Positions 42,118 through 51,152 of a DNA stretch of 64,000 nt are shown here, piece after piece. The notes under the pieces are model-generated. The model worked only from the letters and a program-made list of their open reading frames with translations, made no database searches and was not told the DNA's origin. The stretch is from Monocercomonoides exilis PA203 (taxonomy: Eukaryota; Protista; Preaxostyla), in the NCBI GenBank assembly GCA_001643675.2, contig LSRY02000003.1, positions 1,364,001-1,428,000 of the forward strand. Reading direction: 5' to 3'. The position numbers were made by a program, and so were the translations under genes. Numbering within the stretch: position 1 is the first letter of the stretch; each line of letters starts with the position of its first letter.

Positions 42118-44697
42118 ATGCAATTGTCATTCAAAGAATCTAATGAAGCAGTATTTCAACATTATGCAAAGCAAGACATGTCTTATTTGTCAAGTTATTC
42201 ACAAAACACTCCAGATTATCATGCTGCCTCAACAGATTCATCTTCACTTTTCGTTGTGGAATCCCAACCTTTTCACAGGGAGAACAATACCTATCGAAAT
42301 CCACAACAAGATTATAGTTTGAGATTTTCAACAATGGAGAACGATAAAACACAACTTCATATCTGCTCAGGCATTAAATCATCATCGTCTTCGTCCTTTG
42401 GTATTTTCCCTACGCCTTCACATTGTAATTCAGTTGTTGATTCTTCAAAGCACATTGTGCACAATCCCAGTCTTAAAGATAATTTTGAAACTTGCTCGTC
42501 TCAAATGAAAATCGAAAAGCAGAATGCCATAGATCATGAGCAGAGAAAGCAGTACCAATCAAATATGATTACTTCGCCATATTGGAATGTCAATGATCCA
42601 AACGCGTTGATAACGAATCCTCATGCAACAGTTCAACCATTTGTTGTTTATTCTCGGCAACAGTTTATTGCAGATCTTGGAAAAGAAATGAAAAGATTAA
42701 ATGAAGAGAGAAAAATTGAAGGCAATGATGTTGCGTCAATATCCGGACAAGCAACAGACATTGAAAATGTTGAACCATATTGCAGCATTGATGGAAGCGA
42801 AAATGAGAGAAATCATTTTGAAAATACAAGTGAAGAAGAAATCAGAGATCCTGATATACCAATTGATGCAGATAAACTTTCTGACTTATCAGATTTTTCT
42901 GAAGCCATGTTAATTGAAGAAATCATAACGAAATGGAAGCCATTTTCATCGCATCAAAGCGAGCAATTTTCTGATCTTGATGTAGAAGTTGACGGGAAAA
43001 TGACATCTTCCACGGCAAAAGCCCAAAGGGAAAAGATGCTTCACCGATGGCTTATTAGCGATGCAAAAGTGGCAGTTGATACGAATTGTATGGCTGAGAT
43101 GGACGAGGAAACAAGTTCATCATCAGTTTTACTGCCCGACAAACACAGAGACAGCGAGATAGTCAAGCCTGTCTACGAAGAAAAAGGAATAGAAAAAGAA
43201 AGCGAATGCATTTTTGATTGTGCACAGAAACAAAGGAAAAGAAGGTTAGATCTTATTAAACAACAAATTCAAGAAGCCAAAAGGCACAAGAAACTATTTG
43301 GTGAATGGGTCAGAAAACCTTGGATCATCGAAAACGACGAAAAAGAATTATGGGACTCTGCAGAAAAGAAGGTGTCATCAAAAGAATGCATTGACAATGA
43401 ATCGAAAGCGATAATTTTAAAGGATTTTTGTGCGAAAGGTGAAGATTGCGTAACGAATGAGACTGATGATAAAGAAGCAATCGAAAAACTAGATTATCTG
43501 ACAATACCAACAAAGATCTCATCTTTTTCCTCTGCACTTTCAAGTCAGATACTTGAGGATTTGACATTGGAAGAATTAAAAACGTTACATAGAGAATTGA
43601 ATGAAGAATGCCAAAGCAATAAAAGGAAGATAGTGGAATTACTTATTTCGAAAAAGGAGCGAAAAATAGCAAAGAAGCAGAATGAAGATGATATGTCTGA
43701 CTTTCAGAGGTTTTGGGTCTATTGTATAAAAGAGATGAAAAAAGGAAGAAAAAGGAAATTGGCTTCAAAAAATATAAGATCTGATTCTCAAAAGGCTGAT
43801 TCACAGACGCTGTTCGAAGATGAGGTTCCACAACAATTTATCTTTTCTGACAACTTTCAAAATTACAATCACCAAATTTCTTGTTCACAGAAAGACTTGC
43901 CCGCAAGATCGTTGTCGTTTTCTTCAGTTACGTTGTCCGAAGACCTACATTTTCAAACGCAGCAAGCTGATTTTACGACTAATCGATCAAATTTGTGCTC
44001 ATTTTCACCTCCGTCTGAATCCACTTTATCATCTTTCCCATTTTTGGATAAACCTGAATCTTCATATTATAAGTCATCACAAAAAATGGAGTTTGCTTCT
44101 TCTTCGGTTTATCAAAAACGAATTAATTTTCATTCCAACATATGTGATGAAATCCAACTTTCTTCGTTATTTCCCTTGAAGCTAACTCCATTTTCTCCTG
44201 TTTCTCCTGTTTCAAGAGCTGTCCGAAGCATCAATTCAGGATTGCGATATACTCTTCCACAAAAATCACCAGCTTCAACTTCTTCTTCCTCATCAAAAAG
44301 TGAACATGTGTCAAGTTCTGTTCCAACAAAATTTATGAAATCTGAGACTAATCTAGTTGCTTCGAGTGCTCTGGTTGAAGCGGTATCTGAATTAGAAATT
44401 TTGGATCAATGTTCGATAGCTGTGCCATTAACAAATACTTTATTAGATCCTCAAGTACCAATTAACAAGCAGCATGTTGTTCTAGATCCTGAAGAATGGA
44501 AGAGCAGATTCAAAGACCCTATTCTAAACTCAAAAATGAAGAGAAGAATGTTGCTTAGAGGAAAAGATCTTGATGCTTACCTTGCTTCGTATAAAGAAAT
44601 TTTTCTTCAAGTGAAAAAGGATCCGCCAATAATTTTGTCTCATCTTACGTTTTATTCATCACAAGGAATAGTTTACAAGTTTGGACAAAGATCATGA
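42118..44697 (+). CDS. 859-aa hypothetical protein, mostly disordered with a central coiled coil
   Basis: Long single ORF with coding-like composition. The start may instead be the second ATG at 42178. Confidence 0.7.
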   Translation: MQLSFKESNEAVFQHYAKQDMSYLSSYSQNTPDYHAASTDSSSLFVVESQPFHRENNTYRNPQQDYSLRFSTMENDKTQLHICSGIKSSSSSSFGIFPTPSHCNSVVDSSKHIVHNPSLKDNFETCSSQMKIEKQNAIDHEQRKQYQSNMITSPYWNVNDPNALITNPHATVQPFVVYSRQQFIADLGKEMKRLNEERKIEGNDVASISGQATDIENVEPYCSIDGSENERNHFENTSEEEIRDPDIPIDADKLSDLSDFSEAMLIEEIITKWKPFSSHQSEQFSDLDVEVDGKMTSSTAKAQREKMLHRWLISDAKVAVDTNCMAEMDEETSSSSVLLPDKHRDSEIVKPVYEEKGIEKESECIFDCAQKQRKRRLDLIKQQIQEAKRHKKLFGEWVRKPWIIENDEKELWDSAEKKVSSKECIDNESKAIILKDFCAKGEDCVTNETDDKEAIEKLDYLTIPTKISSFSSALSSQILEDLTLEELKTLHRELNEECQSNKRKIVELLISKKERKIAKKQNEDDMSDFQRFWVYCIKEMKKGRKRKLASKNIRSDSQKADSQTLFEDEVPQQFIFSDNFQNYNHQISCSQKDLPARSLSFSSVTLSEDLHFQTQQADFTTNRSNLCSFSPPSESTLSSFPFLDKPESSYYKSSQKMEFASSSVYQKRINFHSNICDEIQLSSLFPLKLTPFSPVSPVSRAVRSINSGLRYTLPQKSPASTSSSSSKSEHVSSSVPTKFMKSETNLVASSALVEAVSELEILDQCSIAVPLTNTLLDPQVPINKQHVVLDPEEWKSRFKDPILNSKMKRRMLLRGKDLDAYLASYKEIFLQVKKDPPIILSHLTFYSSQGIVYKFGQRS

Positions 44698-44972
44698 AAA
44701 TCAACTTACTGCAAAAATATAACGTGTAATCAAATTTTGTTTATTTATTTCGATCGTCCAATAATCTGGGAATTGTTTGAAATTTTTTTGTTAAATATTT
44801 TCGTTCAAACATATTTCGATTTGTTGTGTACTATTTCATTACATTTTGTTTAACGCGCTCAAAGAAAAACATATGATATTTATTGAATATGGGATGAAAT
44901 ATTTTGCTTTAGGAATTTTGTTCCACACATTGCTTTCAAAGATTTTTCTCAACTTTTGACTATTTCAATATT

Positions 44973-45213
44973 TGTCTTAATTTTTTAGAAAAGTTCCTTT
45001 TGTTTAGTTTTCAAATAAATAAAAATTTCATATTTCTCTCAAATTTCTGTTCCCACAAACGAAACTTCATTAAAATAGCAATAATTACACAGTCAATATT
45101 TTATCTTCATGATAGCGAAATTTGGTGAGTGGGAACTGATATTTAATCGAAATATGAAATTTTTATTTTATTTGAAAATTAAACAAAAGGAATTTTTCAA
45201 AAAAATCTCGACA
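44973..45213. mobile_element. Degenerate MITE-like hairpin element (about 240 bp), related to 46251-46490
   Basis: Left arm ttttttagaaaagttccttttgtttagttttcaaataaataaaaatttcatatttc...gttcccac pairs with right arm gtgggaac...gaaatatgaaatttttattttatttgaaaattaaacaaaaggaatttttcaaaaaaa. Confidence 0.65.
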
Positions 45214-46250
45214 TTTTATAAATAGTTTTCAATTGAAGAAAAAAATAACTTTTTTGTCTTTGTGAATATTATCTGAATTGTTAGTGTCGTTTTCTGCAAA
45301 TTCTGAAAATTTCGAACCAAAATTTACTCAAAAACAAACTCGAAACAAAACTATAAACATTTGTTTCTTTTAATAAGAAATGAGTATTTTGTTTTTTATA
45401 AACACGAAATAAAAGAGTAAAAACTGTATTCTTCATTCTTCACAAAATTGATTGAAAAAACTTATTTTTTCTTTGGTGAATTTTCTGCGAAGAAGTGTGC
45501 TTTCAATTGTAATGAAAAAGAAACAAATCACAAATTTTCTCATGTTTTTTTGATTTGCAATTACACAATGGGAAGCACAAAGATGTGTCGGAAAAGAGAT
45601 GAAAAATCATTAAAATTACAAATATCATTGATATTTCAAATGTCATAATGTTTTTTTGACTTTTATTGATTTTTGTCAACTTTTTGAAATTTTGTTATTT
45701 TACGAACTTTCGACTTTGCTTGAAAGTTCTTCGACTTTGAATAATTTAGGTGTATCGTTCAGGAAAAGAATTGAGAAATAAGTAAAGGACTTAACAATAA
45801 AAAGTTCTTTTTTTTTTTGAATAGGAATATAATCATGAAACAGTTCTCGGTATACTGTAACGAAAAGCACATCAGTTAATTTTCACTATTTTATCATTCC
45901 AAGAAAAAATTGAAGTTGATAAAGTTATTAATAATCCCTTTGTTATGAAAGCATAAAAATTTTTCAAATAAAAATAGAATTGATTTTGAAAATTTAAAAA
46001 ACAAAAAATATTGATCCAATGATCACTTTGATCTGAAATTTTCAAATTGTAAAATCTCTGAAAAAAAGACTTTTCTGAATAAAAAAAGAGAATTTTTTCA
46101 AAGATATCTAACATATGCATGCATGTATTACGAAAAAGAGACAAAATTTGAGGATAAAAAATAAAGAATGTTTTTTACTCTCTTAGTTTTGGCTATTTTT
46201 TCACTTTTAAAAAACTTTATTGTCAATTTATCCATTTATTTCATACATAT

Positions 46251-46490
46251 GGGTGATTCTTTTTGAAAAGTCACAAATGTTTAATTTTCAAATATATCAA
46301 AAATTTTATATATTGCTCAAAGTTTTGTTTTCACAAACCACACTTCACTAAAATGGAATCTATTTCTTGACAATGCTATTTCAAACATTTTTGAGGAGAT
46401 TTGTGAGCAGAAACAAAAATTTGAGCAAAATATGAAATCTTTGATTTATTTGAAAATTAAACATTTGTGACTTTTCAAAAAGAATCACCC
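46251..46490. mobile_element. MITE (240 bp) with 80-bp terminal inverted repeats
   Basis: First 44 bp (GGGTGATTCTTTTTGAAAAGTCACAAATGTTTAATTTTCAAATA) are a perfect inverted repeat; 75/80 match overall. Flanked by AT on both sides. Confidence 0.85.
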
Positions 46491-46951
46491 ATTATTAACT
46501 AACCTCAATTCAAAAATAACTTAAAGAACAGAATAATAAAAATTAATGTTAATTATTAGGTTTCATTGATGTTCTTCAAGTTTCATTATGCCCAGTTCTC
46601 TTTTCATTTTATTCAGTTTAATTGAAAAAAAAAGGAACGATAAAAATTTATACTTATAAAATAAAATGGGGCAAAATTTATTCAATAAAGGAAAAAACTG
46701 AGATTTGATCCAAACTTTTTCTGCAATTATATCATTATAAGTCTTTCATTCCCATGTTAAAAAATACAGAAAAATTCAAAAATTGAGAAAAATTTTAGAA
46801 AAATTTGAATGGAACAAAATTCATGAAGCAAAAAATTTTTTCCCATATGTCTGAAAATTGTTTTTTAATAACTAATCAAAGCGTTGATTGAGCCTCTTCT
46901 TTCTAAAATTTCTGCTTTTTCTCCAATAAAAAATACATGAAATGAATTTTT

Positions 46952-48685
46952 TTATTTGGGACGACGAAAAACCAAGAAATGAGATGTATAGCGGGTACTC
47001 ATCAAAGAGTTATGATCAGCACAATAAGTTGATGAATGCGTGCTATGGGACAACATCTCAAAGCCAAAGTATTTTGCCACTTTTAAAACTTCACCCAGTG
47101 GCAATTCAACAGAAAGCTCTCCATCAATATCTGTATAATGATATAGCAGTGGACCTTTAACGAAAAAAAAAGTTCAAAAAAAAGAAAAGAAAAAATCAGA
47201 AATTAAAACCATAATTGATCCAATATCCTCCTTTTTTTAAAGTGGAATATATGCATCTTATATATTCTGTAATATTATTTGCAGTGTCAATAAAAAAATG
47301 CGTAACAATTCCGTCAAAAGACTCTATGAATGAATTTAATTGTTAAAATCATATAACCAGCAACATTAATGAATAGAGCATTTCCATCATTTTTTTATAA
47401 ATTCGAATTTATTGAATCAATATAATTTTTATATTGTTCAAAAAATATTGAATAAACAAATTATTATTGATTCAAACCTGGTTGAGGTAAATACACCTGT
47501 AAAAATTCTCCTGCAATCATCGATAACGACCAATTATCTGGAAATTTCGTACAATGAACATCTGGTATTGCAACAGTTCTTAGAAAATAAATAAATAAAT
47601 AAATACAAAAACAGATTTGAATTTGAATAAAAAACATTTTAAAATCAAAGAAAATCATCTTCTCAAATACCAAAGTGAACAATAAAAAATACCGAAGCAT
47701 ATTTTCCCAACTGACTTGATTTGCAGCATTGTGGATAAACGGGTAAATAGTCCAATTCTTCCACCCAACTTGATCCTCAGAAATTCCAGCATCCTGTTTC
47801 TTTTCATAATCTGTTGCATCTTCAGAAAAAGCACAAATCATTCTGTTAAGAACTGCGTTTGATCCAATTAGCATGAAATATGAGAACTCGTTTCCTTCCA
47901 CTGAGTAACCTCGCATGGCCAAATCAAAGCACAATCTTCCAAGACCTGCCCCTGGAACAAGTATCTTTGGGCGATATGTTCCCTCATCTTGTTTTGAAGA
48001 ATCAGTCAAAGAAGATGAAGAATGAATGTCATTTACTGTGTCTTGCAATGATAAAGGAAGATATTCATCAATAGCTTTAAAAATCAAAGGAAATGATTGA
48101 TTTCTTTCACTTTCCCCCTTTTATCGAAGAGCATTCAATAAAAATAAAGTAAATGCACTTTTATATTAAAAGGACGTACCTCTTTGCTCCACTCTCTCAT
48201 AAACTGTAGAAGTGTGCTTCTAACTTTTCCTCCATTCCATTCAGTTGGAATAACTCTTTCAGGTTCCGATGTGCTTTTAGGCAAATGAGGATAAATTAAA
48301 AAATCTAGAAATTGCTGATTCATTCCCGTTGCAAATTTCAATTTTTGAATATGGTCATCCAGTGATGTGCCAAGAACATTTAGAATGTCAGGAGCGATGT
48401 GTGTATAACTCTCTTCCCATTTTGCAACTTGACGCAATTGCATCAATCCATATCCTTGAAAAGATTTTAGAACCTAAAGCTTTTATGAAGATTTAAACAT
48501 TGTCCAACTAAAACCAAACATTTAATAAATGTGCTTTTTCTATTTCATCATCATCATCTTCTTCTTCTTCGCAATCATAATCATTCTTGTTTCTAATAAC
48601 ACGTCATCAATATAACAATAATTAATTAAAAAAATAATGCAATGAAAGTTTAGTTGCAGTACTCAATAACATCATCATTTTTCAT
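46952..48685 (-). CDS. CARNMT1: Carnosine N-methyltransferase / protein-histidine N1-methyltransferase (N2227 family), 7 coding exons
   Basis: Motifs [78 protein letters not shown] and [17 protein letters not shown], joined by GT-AG introns. TAA stop at 46952-46954. Confidence 0.92.
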
Positions 48686-48965
48686 TTTTCTTTAATTAAA
48701 AATAAATTTGAAGCTGTGAAGAAATCTGCTGCTCTAATCTTGCATATTCAGTAACGTTAATCAAACATCTGTAACATCTCTAAAATGCATACACTTTTCA
48801 GAAGAAGTGAATCAATTTTTTCTCTCCCACAAAAATTATTTTCTCAAATAAATATTTTTTTTCTTTCATCATCAAAGCAATGAAGCCAAATAATATTTTG
48901 TTCATTATTTTATTATTTGACTTCATCACTTTGATCTTACCATCAAAAAATAATAAATAGAAAAA

Positions 48966-49736
48966 ATGAGCTTCGCTCTTTTCTCGAGTAAGGCAACTAT
49001 GATAAAAAAGAAAAATGTTTCAGCAGACGATACACACAAGCAAGACTTGCTGAAGCATATTGAGACGACACTTGGAAGCGGTAATCTTCGAGAGGCTGTT
49101 GCTTTGCCTGAAGGTGAGGATCTGAATGAATGGCTTGCTGTGAACACTTTTGATTTTTTCAATCAGATAAACATGCTGTATGGAACGATCACGGAGTTTT
49201 GTACAAACGAGACTTGCCCAGTTATGAGCGCAGGTCCAACGCATGAATATCGTTGGGCAGATGGTGTCAAAATCAAGAAGCCTGTTAAATTGTCAGCTCC
49301 TGAATACGTTGATGCTCTAATGACATGGGTTCAATCGCAGCTTGATGATGAAACACTGTTCCCATCGAAAATAGGTTTGCATGCAATAAAAATATTATAT
49401 TTAACATTATTTATTCATCGAATGCGTACGCAGGAGTTCCGTTTCCGAGAAATTTCCAAGATGTTGTGAAAAACATATTTAAGAGATTGTTCCGCGTTTA
49501 CGCTCACATTTATCATTGCCATTTCGAGAAAGTAATTTCACTTGGCGAAGAGGCACATTTGAACACATGCTTCAAACATTTCCTTTTCTTCATCACTGAG
49601 TTTAAACTGGTTCAGAAAGAAGAATTGGCTCCACTCGATGATCTTATTAAAAAAGTTCTTGGTTTGTATTGTTATTAAAGATTTTTTTTGTTGCATAATT
49701 TTTTCATAACTAACAATTTCACTCTTAGCTGAATAA
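48966..49736 (+). CDS. MOB1: MOB kinase activator 1; exons 48966-49374, 49434-49661, 49729-49736
   Basis: TLGSGNLREAVALPEGEDLNEWLAVNTFDFFNQINMLYGTITEFCT, CPVMSAGP, LFPSKIGVPFP, IFKRLFRVYAHIYHCHF and EEAHLNTCFKHF. Confidence 0.97.
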
Positions 49737-50123
49737 ATCCATCGATTCGTATTTCGAAAGCTTGTTCGAAACATAATATGTTTTTGTGTGTTAGTGGCAT
49801 TCTCTCGATTTTCCATATTTGTCTTTGAAACTTCTTTTTAATAAAAAATTAATTTTTTTCTCCTGTTATAATCTAGTGCTAGGGTTCTGTGAATTTTTTT
49901 CATTTCACTTTTTTTTAAATAATAATTAACAGTTTGTGATTAAAGCAATTGCACATTCCACTTAATCTGTTTGTTGTTCAATTTATTTTCGAAATCTATT
50001 CCGAATCTTTGAATAATTGCAACAAAGACATATATCATTTTTTAAAATTAAAATGAAAATAGATTTATTCGAAATGAAAAGTTAGAGAGAAGAAAACAAA
50101 TAAATCAGACATAGAGCTTTGAA

Positions 50124-50846
50124 TTACACTTGTTCAAGAGATGAAAGCATTTCAATAAAGGCAGATCCGTCAGTTGCACTAACTTGAAAATCGTCATTTA
50201 TTTGATCAAGCAACGGAGGGTACAACTCTTGTTCCTCTTCATCAAGTGAAATGCTATCTTCATCTTCATCATTCATCAGAAGATCCAACTCTTCTTGTTC
50301 TTTTTTTGAATAAATATGTCTTTCAATTTTCGAAGATAGAAGATTCACCGAGCTCATATTTAACTTTTTCACAATTTTGTAAGCAAACTTTGCGTGAGCC
50401 GTTGGAGAAAGATCATTTTTATAGAAAGATATCAGTTTTCCACTTGAATCAAAAACGTAGGTTATTCTGGACTGAAACGAAAGTTTATTTTTTGAAACTT
50501 CCCACAACCTTTGGAGTAATTTTTTTGAATCAGAAAGAAGGGAATATTTTAACTTTAGCGACTTGACTGTTGAAGAGTGCATCGTAACAGAATCTGTGCT
50601 AACACCAAAAACACTTGCTTTTTTTGAAGCAAACCGTTTCATGTAAGAATTGAAAGAACTTAACTCTTTTTGACATGCTTTTGAAGTATCTTTTGAATAA
50701 AAAAATATTACAATCGGGCCAGATCCAAGAAGAGTTGAAAATTTTATATTTCTGCCTCGTTCATCTTTAAGAGTAAAATCTGGAGGTACCTCTCCAATGT
50801 TTATTGCAGTCACAGTGAATGAACACAAAATAAATGTTAATATCAT
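50124..50846 (-). CDS. BCP/PrxQ-type peroxiredoxin (AhpC/TSA) with a predicted signal peptide and acidic C-terminal extension
   Basis: IGEVPPDFTLKDERG, VIFFYSKDTSKACQKE, VFGVSTDS, YSLLSD and RITYVFD. Hydrophobic N-terminus MILTFILCSFTVTA. Confidence 0.85.
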   Translation of the reverse strand: MILTFILCSFTVTAINIGEVPPDFTLKDERGRNIKFSTLLGSGPIVIFFYSKDTSKACQKELSSFNSYMKRFASKKASVFGVSTDSVTMHSSTVKSLKLKYSLLSDSKKLLQRLWEVSKNKLSFQSRITYVFDSSGKLISFYKNDLSPTAHAKFAYKIVKKLNMSSVNLLSSKIERHIYSKKEQEELDLLMNDEDEDSISLDEEEQELYPPLLDQINDDFQVSATDGSAFIEMLSSLEQV

Positions 50847-50882
50847 TCTTTGAAATTTCGAAATGCAAAGGGTCGCTGCGGA

Positions 50883-50926
50883 TGCGAAATTGACAGTTTT
50901 GCGAATTGTTGGAATTTGCGAATTCC
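50883..50926. promoter_or_regulatory. Triplicated TGCGAA(A/T)T motif upstream of the peroxiredoxin gene
   Basis: TGCGAAAT at 50883, TGCGAATT at 50900 and TGCGAATT at 50917 (17-nt spacing). The last lies within the inverted repeat GGAATT-tgcg-AATTCC. Confidence 0.35.
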
Positions 50927-51152
50927 ATCCTTAATTAAACACTGAGAAACATTTATCTCAATTATTTGTGTGCAGGAATAAACGTTTGAATATTTCAGCA
51001 TAAATTTTATTTTTCAAAAAATTTCATGAATTGAATTAAAATATTATGGCTGAAGATCAAACAATTTTTTCAGCAATTCAAACAAAACAACAATTTTCAA
51101 AAGTTGACAATAATTTGTATAAAAGGCATAACGTAAAATAAATAATTTTCAA

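Larger units (their letters stand above)
44891..46844. mobile_element. Non-autonomous DNA transposon (1954 bp) with 84-bp imperfect terminal inverted repeats
   Basis: 44891-44974 versus the reverse complement of 46761-46844 gives 65/84 ungapped identities by hand count. Termini are GGG...CCC, flanked on both sides by ATAT. No transposase ORF inside. Confidence 0.7.

Noticed and set aside
45448-45648. 66-aa ORF inside the TIR element with KKCAFNC, faintly THAP-like
   Set aside because: Starts at TTG, lacks the THAP Pro, Trp and CxxH residues, and no DDE remnant is nearby.
36525-49736. Centrosome/cytokinesis gene cluster (Sfi1-motif protein, coiled-coil protein, MOB1)
   Set aside because: Two assignments are tentative, unrelated genes intervene, and adjacency alone is weak evidence in eukaryotes.
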